A DNA stretch of 64,000 bases from Torpedo marmorata. Its lineage: Eukaryota. The position numbers and the translations under genes are program-made. Position 1 is the first letter of the stretch; the number at the start of each line of letters is the position of its first letter. Shown here piece after piece: positions 12,625 to 24,965 of this stretch. The stretch is taken from contig OZ360242.1 in the NCBI GenBank assembly GCA_977017645.1, positions 49,290,001 through 49,354,000 of the forward strand, read 5' to 3'. Below the pieces are notes generated by a model that was not told the origin of the DNA, ran no database searches, and worked only from the letters and a program-made list of their open reading frames with translations.

Positions 12625-15126
12625 ACCTTTTCAAATGCAATAATAACAGTTATACCTAAAAAAGATAGAGACTTGTTGAAAACAGAATCATATAGACCAA
12701 TTTCGTTGTTAAATGTGGATTATAAGATAATGTCAAAAATCTTAGCAAATAGAGTGGCTAAATATTTACCAGATTTAGTTCATCTAGATCAAGCAGGTTT
12801 TATTAAGAACAGATATTCAAAAGATAATATCGCTAGATTAATTAGTTTAATAAATGTGGCACAAAAGAGAGAGGAATTGGCATTAGTATTAATATTAGAT
12901 GCCGAAAAGGCTTTTGATAGATTAGAGTGGAACTATTTATTTAAGGTACTGGAAAAATTTGGTTTTGGAAATACATTTATTAATTGGATTAAAACTATAT
13001 ATAAAGAACCCTCTGCTAGAGTGGTCACAAATGGACAAATTTCTTCAAAATTTTCCTTAACTAGGTCTACTAGACAAGGTTGTCCTTTATCGCCAGCATT
13101 GTTTATTTTAGCAATAGAACCTTTAGCCGAATTAATTAGACAAGATATTAAGATTGCAGGTATTAAAGTTAGAAAAGAAGAGCATAAAATTAGTTTATTT
13201 GCAGATGACGTATTGATATATATGACAAAACCTATTAATTCTTTAATGCAATTGTCTGCTTTATTGAGAGAATATGGGGAAATATCTGGTTATAAGATTA
13301 ATTCGGATAAAAGTGAAATTATGCCTTTAACATAAGGGGACTATAGTAAATGTAAAGAAATTACACAATTTAAATGGTCAAAGGAAGGAATTAAATATTT
13401 GGGAATAAAGATTGATACAAAATTAACTAACCTGTATAAATTAAACTATTTATCATTATTTGTGAATATAAAAAAAGATTTGGAGAGTTGGAAGAATTTA
13501 CCTATAACTTTAATGGGAAGGGTAAATTGTATTAAAATGAATGTTTTTCCGAGAATTCAATATCTTTTTCAATCAATTCCTTATGAAATTCCTCAATTTT
13601 TTTTTTAAAGATTTAAATTTAATCATTAGGAAATTCTTGTGGAAAGGAAAGTTGGCTAGAGTAGGTATGGAGAAATTAACTTGGAATTATGAAATGGGTG
13701 GTCTACAACTTCCTAATTTTCAATATTATTATAAAGCAGCCCAACTAAAATTTATTAACGAAATGTTTGATTTAGGAAAACTCTCTGCTTGGATTAGAAT
13801 AGAATTAAATAATATAGGAGAGGATTTGAAAGAAGAAGTTATTTATAAATGGAATTCTAAATTATTATTAACAAGAGGGAAAAATTCTCCTATTTTTAGA
13901 CATTTGTTAGAAATATGCAATAGAGTGGATAAGGAGATAGGAGGGAAAGGGTTAATTTCTCGAAAAATGCCTCTGTATCAAAATAAACTTATCCCATTTA
14001 CTGTGGATAATCAATTATTTAAAATTTGGTTTCAAAAGGGAATTAAGGAAATAAATGATTGTTTTGAAGCTGGTAAATTTATTACGTTTCAAAGAATGAA
14101 AGATAAGTTTAATGTAGCAAATAATACACTTTTTGCTTACTATCAAATCAGAGCATTTTTAGTTGAAAGGTTGGGCCATAGTTTGATTTTACCAAGACAG
14201 ACTGAATTGGAATTATTAGTTACTAATGGAGGTGTTAATAAATTTATTTCTCAAATGTATAGATTGTTACAGAGGAAAATGCCTAAACCAGGAATTCATA
14301 AATCAAGATTAAGTTGGGAAACAGATTTGAACGTAACATAGGTGAAGAACATTGGAAAGATTTATGTAAACAAAGTATGATGAAGATTATTAATGTTAGA
14401 TATAGATTGGTGCAATATAATTTTTTTCATCAATTATATTTAACACCTAAAAAATTAAAGAAATTTAATCCGACATTATCCGGTCTATGTTTTAGATGTA
14501 ATAGAGAGGAAGGTTCTTTTGTACACTCTACATGGTTTTGTCCAAAAGTATATGATTTTTGGTTGAAAGTTAAAAAGTTTTTAGATAAAGTATTAAGAAT
14601 TACACTCCCAATGGATCCTATGATATTTTTGTTTGGAGATATTAAAAGAATCAGTGTTAAAATGAAATTAAATATGTACCAAACAGAATTTTTACGTATT
14701 GCTTTAGCTGTTTCTAAGAAATGCATTGCTATTACATGGAAATCTGATGTAGATTTAGGGTTAGAGAGATGGCATGCAGAACTTCGTTCATGTATACCAC
14801 TTGAAAAAATTACTTATAATTTACATAATAAATATCATTTATTTTTGAAAATATGGAGCCCATATATAAAAACTGTTAGTTTAAGGATTTGAAGATCTCC
14901 GGATATTGGATCTGACTGGCGAACCTGTGTTCCACAATAAAATTAGTTTATAGTTGTTTTGTTTAGAGTGACATTCTCCTTACTTTATCCTTTTCTTCTT
15001 TCGGGAGGGTAGGGGAGGGAGGGGAGGGAGGGAGGGGGGGTGAAAATGTATCACATGTAATTTGATAATTTTGCATTTTAAACTATGTAATGTGTGATTT
15101 TAAAATTTTAAATAAAATATTTTTTT
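12625..15126 (+). mobile_element. L1-clade LINE 'C', 5'-truncated, related to L1-A, with 19-bp TSD
   Basis: Frameshifted ORF2 pieces 12673-13335, 13399-13608, 13541-14341, 14314-14892 with RT motifs. G-rich 3' UTR and aataaa. TSD aaaatcacttgttttaaca at 12606-12624 and 15127-15145. Confidence 0.95.
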
Positions 15127-15244
15127 AAAATCACTTGTTTTAACACTAATTTAGTGTATTGAATAGGCCTATTTCAAGAAGCATTTCACTCCACTATCTT
15201 CATTCAGTGGATTGGAACAGTTTTGGGGAAGGAAGAGTGGAGTG

Positions 15245-15640
15245 GTGGGTCAATGGAAGAGTTACTGCAACTTGTATAAAATGTTTATTGTAGAAAGTTT
15301 CCCTCTCTTTAAACTGCACAAGTTAGGCAAGAGGATGTAATTATTTAAAAACAGTGCTTCCACTAAAAACTATCAAAAGCTTTTGGTATCAAAAACAAGA
15401 GCGCACAGATTTTAAAGGAGATGTGTTTTTTTTTAACATGAAGAGTGGTTGATAACTAGAACGTGCTACCAGAGGAGTTGGCAAAATCAGATATAATTAA
15501 GAGGAATTTAAACACACACTTAAATAGGCAACGCATAGAAGGATCTGGTCCTAGTGTGAGCAAATGGCATTAAGGTAAATGAGGGGGAAAAGTTGGAGTG
15601 GATGTGGTGGTCAAAGAAGCCATTTCTGTGTTGTACACCT
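15245..15640 (+). mobile_element. Degraded CR1 3' fragment
   Basis: Resembles the CR1 3' region at 17500-18130 (agagtggtt...tgctaccagaggag...; agccatttctgtgttgta). Ends approximate. Confidence 0.5.
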
Positions 15641-16274
15641 CTATGGTGGAAAATTGCCAATCTTCTGGGAAGCAACACATAATTTATTCTGCATATTATT
15701 AAGAATTGTTCAGAAATTCTGTGACTGTGTTGAACCACAGGTTTTGAATTGTACCTTTGATTAAAGGAGTGTTTAAGACTTTAGAACTAGATGCTTTACT
15801 TAATATATATATTTTTTTAGCATTTTGAATTTGGCCTCTCAATGAAAACACCCAAATCCAATTTAAATGAAGAGAAAAAATGTTTAGGGGAAAAACTAAT
15901 ACTTTTGAAAATGGCTTTCAGAATGGAGAACATTCACTCTGAGATGTCATGGAGAAACAACCAATATATTTAAAAATAATTTAAATGTATGTTAAAGCAT
16001 TATTGCGTAGAAAGATAATGGTATAAAGCGACATTTTTCTTCAGTACTATGCAACTGAAGATCAATCCATTTTGTAGCTGCCCCATTACAGGAAGGATGT
16101 GGAGGCTTTGTGTAGGGTACAGAAGAGGTTTACCTGGATGTTGCCTGGTTTAGAGGATATGGGCTATCAGAAGAGGTTGGACAAACTTGGATTGTTTTCT
16201 CTGAAGCGTAGGAAGATGTGGGAAACACAATAGAAGCTTATAAAATCATGCAAGGCATTGATAGGGGAGGACAG

Positions 16275-18212
16275 TTGTTGGCAGAATCACAAACGGCAAT
16301 GAGGAAGCGTACAGGAGGGAGATAGATCAGCTCATTGAATGGTGTCACAACAACAACCTTGCGCTCAACGTTAGCAAAACCAAGGAGATGATTGTGGACT
16401 TCAGGAGGGAGTCAGGGGAACACAACCCAGTCCTCATCGAGGGTTCAGTAGTGGAGAGGGTCAAGAACTTCAAATTCCTGGGTGTCAACATCTCCGAGGA
16501 GCTGTCCTGGAGCCTCCATGTTGATGCAATCACGAAGAAGGCCCACCAGCGGCTATACTTTGTGAGGTGCTTGAGGAGATTCGGTATGTCACCGAAGACT
16601 CTCGTAAACTTCTACAGGTGTACCGTGGAGAGCATACTGGCTGGTTGCATCACTGTCTGGTATGGAGGCACCAAATCTCAGGACAAGAAAAAACTCGAGG
16701 GTTGTTAACTCGGCCTGTGACATCACAGGCACCAGACTTCACTCCATCGAGGACATCTACAAGAGGTGGTGGGTGTCTTAAAAAAGCAGCTCGACCCCCA
16801 CCACCCAGGCCATGCCCTTTTCACTCTGCTACCATCGGTAAAAGGTACAGGAGCCTGAAGACGAGCACTCAGTGGCACAAGGACAGCTTCTTCCCCGCTG
16901 CCATCAGATTCATGAATAATCAATGAACAAAAGACACTGCCTTACTTTTTGTGCACTACTATTTTTATTTTTTATATTATTGTTGTAAGATGGTTCATGG
17001 AAGGTTAGTTGGGAAGGTGCAGTCTTTAGGTATAAATTTTGAGATAGTCAAATGGATTGAACATTGGCTGAAAGGGAGAGGCCAGAGAGTGGTAGTGGAT
17101 AATTGTCTGTCAGGTTGGAGGCCGGTGACCAGCAGTGTGCCTCAGGGATCTGTATTGGGCCCATTGTTGTTCGTTATATACATTAATGATCTAGATGATG
17201 GGGTGGTGAACTGGATTAGTAAATATGCAGACAATACTAAGATAGGTGGAATAGTGGATAATGAAGGTTTTCAAGGATTGCAGAGGGATTTGGGCTGCTT
17301 AGAAAAGTGGGCTGAAAAATGGCAAATGGAGTTTAATGCTGATAAGTGTGAGGTGCTTCATTTTGGTAAGAAGAATCAGAACAGGACATACGTAGTAAAT
17401 GGGAGAGCATTGATGAATACAGAAGAGCAGAAAGATTTAGAAATAACGGTGCATCGTTCCCTGAAGGTAGAAACTCATGTGAATAGGGTGGTGAAGAAGG
17501 CTTTTAGTTGCTGGCCTTTATCAATCATTGCATAGAATATAGGAGTTGGGAAGTGATGTTGAGATTATATAAGGCGTTGGTACGGCCTAGTTTAGAGTTC
17601 TGTGTGCAGTTCTGGTCGCCAAATTATAGGAAGGATATCAACAGAGTGGAGAGAGTGCAGAGAAGATTTACCAGAATGTTACCTGGGTTTAAGCATCTAG
17701 AGTACAAGGAGAGATTGAGCAGATTAGGTCTTTATTCTTTGGAGCGTAGAAGGTTGAGAGGGGATTTGATAGAGGTATTTAAGATTATGAAAGGGATAGA
17801 CAGAGTGGATGTGGATAGACTATTTCCGTTAAGAGTAGGAGAGATTGAAACAAGAGGACATGAGTTAAGAGTTAAGGGGCAGAGGTTTAGAGGTAACATG
17901 AGGGGGAACTTCTTTACTCAGAGAGTGGTAGCGGTGTGGAATGAGCTTCCGGGAGAAGTAGTGGCGGCAGAGTCAATTTTATTATTTAAGAAAAAGTTGG
18001 ACAGGTATATGGATGAGAAGGAGGTGGAGGGTTATGGGCAGGGTGCAGGTAGGTGGGACTAGAGAGGAGTGTTTGGTTCGGTGCGGACTAGAAGGGCCTA
18101 ATGGCCTGTTTCCGTGCTGTAATTGTTATATGATATGAATGTTTGCACTATGATGATGCCGCAAAACACCGAATTTCGTGACTTGTTCATGACAATAAAT
18201 TCTGATTCTGAC
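16275..18212 (+). mobile_element. Rex1/Babar LINE 3' portion (body 16275-16997, tail about 18128-18212)
   Basis: VGRITNGNEEAYRREIDQLIEWCHNNNLALNVSKTKEMIVDFRRE...FKFLGV...KKAHQRLYF...YRCTVESIL. The 3' tail resumes after the CR1 insert (gccgcaaaacaccgaatttcgtg...gacaataaattctgattctga). Confidence 0.88.
16995..18130 (+). mobile_element. Young CR1 LINE 3' portion (RT C-terminal half)
   Basis: ORFs 16951-17535 (VPQGSVLGPLLF.IYINDL, KYADNTK) and 17508-18062 (LYKALVRP.LE.C.QFWSP, LERRRLRGDLIEVFKI). CR1 tail ggcctgtttccgtgctgtaattgttata. Confidence 0.92.
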
Positions 18213-18454
18213 ATTCAGAATCTTTTCCCCAGGGTAAAAATATCACGCACAAGGCATGTATTTAAGGTAAGGGGGAGGAAGTTTAAGGGAGATGCGCAGA
18301 GCAAAGTTTTTCACACAGAGAATGGTGGGTGCCTTGAATGGGCTACCTGGAATAGAAGTGGAAGGACATACAATAGACACATTTAAGAGGCTTCTAGATG
18401 GACATGAATATGAAGGGGATGGAGGGATACCTATCAAATAAAAGCAGCAGAGTA

Positions 18455-18681
18455 CAGTAAAATCCCTATTATCCGAAATTCATGCAACCGGCAAATCAAG
18501 CAACCGAAAAAAAAAAAAAGAAATCATGGAAAATAAATGGGTAAAAAATACGGAAGTTTAAAATTGGTGCACCTCGCCGTTAGTTATTCATTCACGCAAC
18601 ACGCAGTCTCAAGCAACCGGAAAACTCACTTATCTGGCATCTACCAATCTCCGTGGGTGCAGGATACCAGGGGTTTTACCA
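18455..18681. mobile_element. Tigger/pogo-type MITE, TA TSD
   Basis: ta|cagtaaaatccctattatccg ... ggataccaggggttttacca|ta. Second copy at 32632-32795. Confidence 0.8.
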
Positions 18682-19365
18682 TATTAGTTTGATTTGGACA
18701 CCATGTTTGGCACAGACATGTGGATCGAAGGGCCTGTTCCTGTGCTGTACTGTTCCGTGTTCTAATTGTTTATTTTGGAGTGAAACACAATAAAAATAAT
18801 TTCCAGGTCATTTGCAAAATCTTCAAAGCCTTGTCATTTAAATCAAAGCCCAAAATGATTATTGGGTCTCATTGTGGTGTATTTCATTGGATTAAACGGG
18901 GATTTCTGTGTACCTGCGTTTGGCTTCAATATTGTTTCAACAAATGAAATGGGTACTGTAGAAGGCTGTAGCATTGAAAACATTTTAAAACTTGTCAGAA
19001 AAAGTTAATTAAATTTAAAGCTAATGAGTTTATCAGGATTGACCCTGAGAAGAAACATCAGAAAGTTAACATCTGATAAATAGATAATTTTGATGAATAA
19101 ATGAATAAATTTTGATGATATTGAGTGACTTGGAGCTTTATCAATTCAAAATACAAAAGATCCATATTTTAAGATGACAATTTTCAGTAGAGCATCATCT
19201 TTAGACAAGCTGGTCTTTCCCAGAATGACTTTTAAACAATGGGACTACAATTTAAAAATGACTCTAATCTTTCTATACTGTAAAAAGAACTCATGGAATC
19301 TCGTGGATAAAATATTTTTTTACTTTTCACATATTTCTGAAACCTGATTTTTCCCTTTTTTCTAG

Positions 19366-19497
19366 TACCTCCCACAGCCAATGCCAGACTTCCTGAAACC
19401 AGCTCCTCTAACTGATCAACAAAGTATGCGTTCAATAAATACCACCCAATCTACAAGTATAACTTCCTCAACCAAGACTACTCCAGCCCTAGTTAAG
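19366..19497 (+). CDS. MRTFB: MRTFB coding exon
   Basis: ttttttctag|...|gtatgt, 132 nt, phase 0/0. YLPQPMPDFLKPAP...TKTTPALVK resembles the MRTFB segment PEFLK...PALVK. Confidence 0.85.
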
Positions 19498-20208
19498 GTA
19501 TGTTCAAACATTTATCATACAATTCGTGCCTGAACAGCACCTGTTGAGAGATACCAACTGGTTGTTAAGTTGCGTAGGAAGTACAGAACTCCCATTTACA
19601 AATACATCCATTCATCTCGGTGTGGCTTTGTGTCATCATTTGTTAGATAATATACCATTGAAGTGCATTGAAATGTCTTACTTGGTTAAGTAACTACATA
19701 ATTTCTAGTTATTTGATGAAATGAGATGCATGCTGCCTATTATATTAAAACAGTGGTTTTCTCCTTTAGTCTAGTAAATTATTGTTAATCACAAGAAAAT
19801 GGAGCAACTGTATGGGAGACAGCATAGCTCTCGCAAAAATGTTTTTGATGTGGGACGTATCAAATGCTGTTATTGTAAATATGTATTACGCATTCTTGGC
19901 AATGTCTTCCCTTGGGTTGATGGACGGGAGTTAGAACAGCAGCTTGGGCACTTGAAATATTAGCAATGGTATGACATCAGCCCCACAGGCATAGTGCCAC
20001 AGAGACACAAGAGAAAACTCTCCTGACAAAATGAATGATCTCATTATGACAATCTGTTTGCAGGGATACGGGTTAAATTAGCAACATTTTCCTACCTGCT
20101 CAGTTGTGTACCATTTTTAATGTAGGTTTTCAACAATTTTTTCAAAATTTCACAGCAAACAAATTTGATTTGAATCAAGGAGAGGATCTGCTAGGAACAG
20201 TTTGCAAA

Positions 20209-20462
20209 GGTAACAAAGGTTAGCATAGCGGTTAGTGCAATGCTATTACAGCGCCATCGACCCGCGTTCGAATCTGCTGCCGTCTGTAAGGAGTTTGTAC
20301 GTTCTCCCTGTGTCCACGTGGGTTTTCTCTGGGTGCTCTGGTTTTCTCCCACATACCAAAAATGTATGGAGTTAGGTTAATTGGTTGCATGGGTGTATTT
20401 GGCAGCGTGGGTTCGTGAGCTGGAAGGGCTTGTTACCATGCTGCATCTCTAAATTTAAAAAA
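20209..20462 (+). mobile_element. tRNA-derived V-SINE-like element
   Basis: Same family as 8930-9170 (gttcgaatc B-box, V-domain, taaatttaaa tail). Confidence 0.85.
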
Positions 20463-20524
20463 TATATAAATTAACACTTTGCTGTTTTCAGAAATCTAAC
20501 TCCAAAGAAATATTTGAAGACTTT

Positions 20525-20528
<4 letters not shown>

Positions 20529-20561
<33 letters not shown>
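20529..20561. repeat. (TA)n microsatellite
   Basis: About 16 perfect TA units. Confidence 0.95.
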
Positions 20562-20564
<3 letters not shown>

Positions 20565-20885
20565 CTGAGTGTCAGATTATGAAGTGTGCGCACATTGCTG
20601 TGGAAATGAACAGAGTTTGAAAAGAAGAATTTATTTTTTAGAAAGCCATTTTTCTATTGTTGCATTCATAAGTGAAATTATTGTGATAATGTAAATAAAA
20701 TGATGTATTCCCATCTTTCGTATGCCTCAAATTTTAGCTTTGGAGGAATTTTACCCCAAATGTTTTAATGTTAAGTATTAATTGAATTGCAAGTCAGAAC
20801 ATTTTATTGTGATGTATTTTATAGTTAAGATCAGGATTTGTGATGCTCACACACTAATCTGGAATTGACATCAATTTTACACTAG

Positions 20886-21133
20886 CAAAGCCAACACAAA
20901 AGTGCCAATGATAAGAACCGCAGCAAGAAAAACAAGGATCCAAAACCCAGGGTGAAGCAGCTCAAGTACCACCAGTATGTCCCATCAGACAAGAAACACG
21001 AGAAAATTGAACTTCCCATGGATACAAACTATTCCCGTCTCCTGCAACAGCAGCAGCTTTTCCTTCAGCTGCAGATCCTAAGTCAACAACAGCAACATTA
21101 CAACTATCCAGCCATTCTCTCTGCACCACCAAA
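20886..21133 (+). CDS. MRTFB: MRTFB coding exon: B1 basic region and Q-rich box (SRF binding)
   Basis: actag|...|gtatgt. QSQHKSANDKNRSKKNKDPKPRVKQLKYHQYVPSDKK...MDTNYSRLLQQQQLFLQLQILSQQQQHYNY. Ends in phase 2. Confidence 0.96.
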
Positions 21134-21747
21134 GTATGTAGCGCAGTCCAGGTGATTCCCTTTCATATCTCCTTTGAAAGTGTTGTGCAAATTTGGCCTC
21201 GAGGTATTTCCCACATGTATGTTTGTGCACCTTCAGAAGATTTTCTTGCAGTAGTTACCAAATTTCCCATTTATGCAAACAAAAAAATTCCCGTCTCTCA
21301 TCCCAGAGTCTAATGATAAATATTGGAGTCCATTTTAGGATGAAAGCTATTTTATTATCCTTTTTCGATGCGTCTGAGGTTTATTAATGTACTCAAGTCG
21401 TAACTTCACATGGCTTCTTGAAGGTTTTGCTGGAATGACTTTCCAACTGATACAAACATGCTAATTGTGTACCATTTTTGTTTTCTTTTTGCCAATTTTC
21501 ATTGCTTTGTTTCTGCAGGTATCAATTCTTGGGATATAGTTGCATGAATTGTTGGGTTGTAGTTCATGGAAATCGATAGAGGAATTTAGATATAGGGGCC
21601 ATTGAGTTAGTTACATAATCTGCAGGCGACTTGTTAGGGTAGAGCTAGTTGGACTGCAGCAGACTTCTTGGGTGTTATTGCATGAATCACAAGAGATTTG
21701 CAAGGATATGGAATCTACCTGCATCACATTTGCTGATTTATACCGTA

Positions 21748-22027
21748 CAGTATATACTTATGTAATAGTTGAATTTTGTGGACCAATTTTTAGGGTAAAA
21801 TTTAGGGGGTCGACTATTACACTCATACTATTTTTGACCGCGGTAAGTACCTGCATCATTCAAGGCATCGGGAGTTCCGATGGGCAGGCGGCCGGGGCCT
21901 TGGCGAGAGTCCACGTTCGAGGCGTCGGGAGCTCAAAGCAGGAGTCGACTTTTATGTACGATATATGGAAAATACCAGATTTTTGGGCCAAAAATAGGGG
22001 GGTCGACTATTACACAAGTATATACGG
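21748..22027. mobile_element. Tc1/mariner (Tc2-like) MITE, TA TSD
   Basis: ta|cagtatatacttatgtaatagttga ... tcgactattacacaagtatatacgg|ta, with internal repeat agggggtcgactattacac. Confidence 0.75.
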
Positions 22028-22529
22028 TAGGAGCTGGATTTGCTGTGACGCAGTTAGAGGGACAAGACAGGGAGAGTTTGTAGCTCAGAGATTGGGTTGG
22101 GCTGTGCTGGACTGGTCTTGTGATAGGTCTATAATCTCGTGGGTTTTTAGATCCTGTGCCAGGTCTGAGCAATACTATGACATCCCAGCAACACTGGGTC
22201 CCACTTTTGGACACCATGTGGTTGCGATCATGCAGCCTTATTTAGCACCACTGACATCATGGCTGCCAGTGGAAATGTATAGAGAACAGGTTTAAGGTGA
22301 ATGGCAAAAGAATCAAAGCTGCATGAGGAAAAGCTCTTCTATCCAACAAAGACTTTGAGTTCCTTGCTTGAAAGGGTGAGGTGTATGCAAATTCAGTTGT
22401 ATCTTTCAAACACAACAGTGAGGGTGATGGTGGAATGGGTTGGTGGGGGGAAAGAGGGAAGAAAAGAGAGGCATGATTTAGAAAGGGCTGTTGCAGAATC
22501 GGTGGCTGCCTCTCTGTTACAATATTTTA

Positions 22530-22640
22530 TTAAAGTAAAAACACAATGCTGGAGAAACTCAGCAGGTCAAACAGTGTACTTTATATAGCAAAGATAAAGA
22601 TACATAACCAACGTTTTGGGCTTGAGCCCTTCATCAAGGT
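22530..22640 (-). mobile_element. Penelope pLTR fragment with hammerhead-like core
   Basis: Near-identical to 7855-7965. Minus strand reads ccttgatgaagggctcaagcccaaaacgt. Confidence 0.8.
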
Positions 22641-22975
22641 AACTGGAGATAGTGTAACAACCAAACCAGATCTCATTATGTATGAATCCTTTACATGCCT
22701 GTGGATGATTCTCTAAAGCAGGATTTGCAGCTAATGCATTCACCTGCCAAGGAATGCCAACGCAGATTAAATATACATGATTTTTTAAAATATAATTTTA
22801 CATAAAAATTATTTAAATGAAGATGATGTTTGATTGGCAAGTACTTTTAAACAAATACCAAAGGCACCCAAATAAAGGATTATTATGTAATATATATTGA
22901 TTTTGTAATGTGAAGAGTTCTGAGTAAACAATATTATTGTTTTACATTGGTTATTGTACCTGTGTCCTTATCTAG

Positions 22976-23126
22976 GTCATCTAATGATAACCAGATAACC
23001 AGCAATATATCCACATCCAATACACTGGCTAACTGCACACAGGCATCATCGTCATCACATGTTGTAAGACACAACACCCCATGCAGAAAGCTGGGAAGCC
23101 TTCCTTCCAATCTGGATGATATGAAG
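22976..23126 (+). CDS. MRTFB: MRTFB coding exon leading into the SAP domain
   Basis: ccttatctag|...|gtagaa, 151 nt, completes the phase-2 codon. Ends ...RKLGSLPSNLDDMK. Confidence 0.92.
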
Positions 23127-23649
23127 GTAGAAATGTTAGATAAAATTCAAAATGTGGTATGTTCTCTACTTAACAAGGTTCTGGTGAGAAGTATAATTAT
23201 ATTTGTTCTATATTCTATACGATTTTGATAGAGGACCACATTTGTACAAAGATTAACTGCTGCAATGTAAATGAAGCTGGAGAAAACCTGTTTCCAAATG
23301 GTCCTGTCAGCTGTACTTTTACTTGGACATCTGTTTCCTATTTAATTTAATAAGAAGTATTCTATTTTGAACCAATTGCTTTTATTCCGAGGTAATTAAT
23401 ATGTGGCTTTGGAAAGCAGATTGTGCCTTTGCCATTGGGCATAGAATAAACATTAGATGGTGCTTTACTGCCATCTCCTGTGTGCTTCCAGCCAACAGGT
23501 TCTGTTTCATATACTTTTTGATGTTACCATTAAAAAAAGTTTTCATTGTATGTTATTTAGATTTCTTAATTTTAAAACACAAAACTTGCATGTTTAGACT
23601 ACGTTAATGACAAGAATACTCAAGTTTTGATAATATTGTAGTAGTTCTA

Positions 23650-24360
23650 GTTAGAACAATACAGCACAGAAACAGGCTCTTCTAGTCCATGCTGAACTAT
23701 TATTCTCCCTAGTCACACTGACCTGCACCCCTACCATAGCCCTCCATACCCCTCCAATCCATGTACCTGTCCAAATTCTTCTTGAATTAAAATTTAACCT
23801 GCAATCACCACTTCAGCTGGCAGCTCGTACCACACTCCCACCACTCTCTGTGAAGAAGTTCCCCCTAACCTCACATTCCACCTTAAGCAATCCCTTTGCC
23901 ATAAGTGCTCTGTGATTAGTAAGGGATTGCTTAAGGTGGTTTGTGAGTGGGAAGGGAAGATTGAGAACCACTGCTGTAGACACAATTGTTACTGAAATAT
24001 TTTGTTTGAGAAAAATTGTCATTGGTCCATTTCCTTTGGAGTTATGAAACCGTGCACATAATGAGTCAATTAGGTACGATTAAAAGTGGTTTTCAACCTT
24101 TTTCTTTCCACTCACATACCACCTTAAGCAATCCCTTACTAATCACAAAGCACATGGCACAGGGATTGCTTAAGGTGGAATGTGAGTTTGAAAACCACTG
24201 CTCTAAACCTTTCCCCTTTCACCCTTAACCCATGTCCTCTGGTTTGTACCTCACCTACCCTCAGTGGAATAAGCCTACCGACATTTATTCTGTCTAGACC
24301 CCTCAATTTTAAATACCTCTATCAAATCTATGCTCTTTTACGCTCCAAGGAATAAAGTTC
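23650..24360 (-). mobile_element. CR1 3' fragment interrupted by hAT MITEs
   Basis: Reverse complement of the CR1 tail (tagaacaatacagcacagaaacaggc...). ...gaagaagttcccc continues as ctctaaacctttcccctttcacc after 24200. Confidence 0.75.
23870..24200. mobile_element. Two tandem palindromic hAT (Charlie-like) MITE units with a spacer
   Basis: Units 23870-23973 and 24084-24200 end in ttgaRaaccactg. Each contains the inverted repeat ccaccttaagcaatccct / agggattgcttaaggtgg. Confidence 0.7.
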
Positions 24361-24711
24361 ACATCATTTACCTGAAAATGTGAAAAATTGTTAAGGGATA
24401 CCTGTCTCGCTAATTACCACCCAACCAATCTAATCTCAATTATTGGCAAAGGTATGGATGCTATTAAGTAGGACTTATTCATAATCTGCTCACCACTGCT
24501 CTAGTTTGGGTTTCGTCAAATTCACTCCACTTTGGGCCATCACAGCCTAGACTAACAAACTGAAGTACAGGGGGAGCTGTAAATGACTGCTCTTGGCATC
24601 AAGGTAGCATGTGACAGAGTGTGGTGTCAGGGTATATTGGTAAAAATTAAATCGATAGGCATCAGAGGTTGGATCGTACTTTGCATAAAAGATGGTTGTG
24701 GTTATTGGAGC

Positions 24712-24965
24712 GCAGGTTTAAGGTTGAGGGGGAGAGATTTAACAGCGACCCGAGTGGTAACATTTCTTTACACAGATGGTGAACGTGTGGAAAAGGCTGC
24801 TAGAAGAGGTGGTTGAGACTGGTACTATGGCAACATTAAAGAAAAAAATTGGATGGATACATAGGTAGGATCAGTTTGGAGTGATATGGGCCAAATCCTG
24901 GCAGATGGGACTGGTGTAGGTGGGACAGTTTGGTTGGTGTGGGCAAGTTGGGCCTGTTTCCACAC
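24712..24965 (+). mobile_element. CR1 3' fragment
   Basis: aggtttaaggttgaggggagagattt...gaagaggtggttgagactgg...gggcctgtttccacact. Confidence 0.6.

Larger units (their letters stand above)
16075..18765 (+). mobile_element. Old CR1 3' fragment, split by Rex, young CR1 and MITE insertions
   Basis: 16075-16274 (ccccattacaggaaggatgtgg...gatagg.gaggacag) continues at about 18214 (tcagaatcttttcccc...) and ends with agggcctgttcctgtgctgtactgtt. Confidence 0.7.

Noticed and set aside
21672-22295. 207-aa ORF in an MRTFB intron
   Set aside because: It spans a MITE and degraded repeat sequence; no motifs or fitting splice sites.
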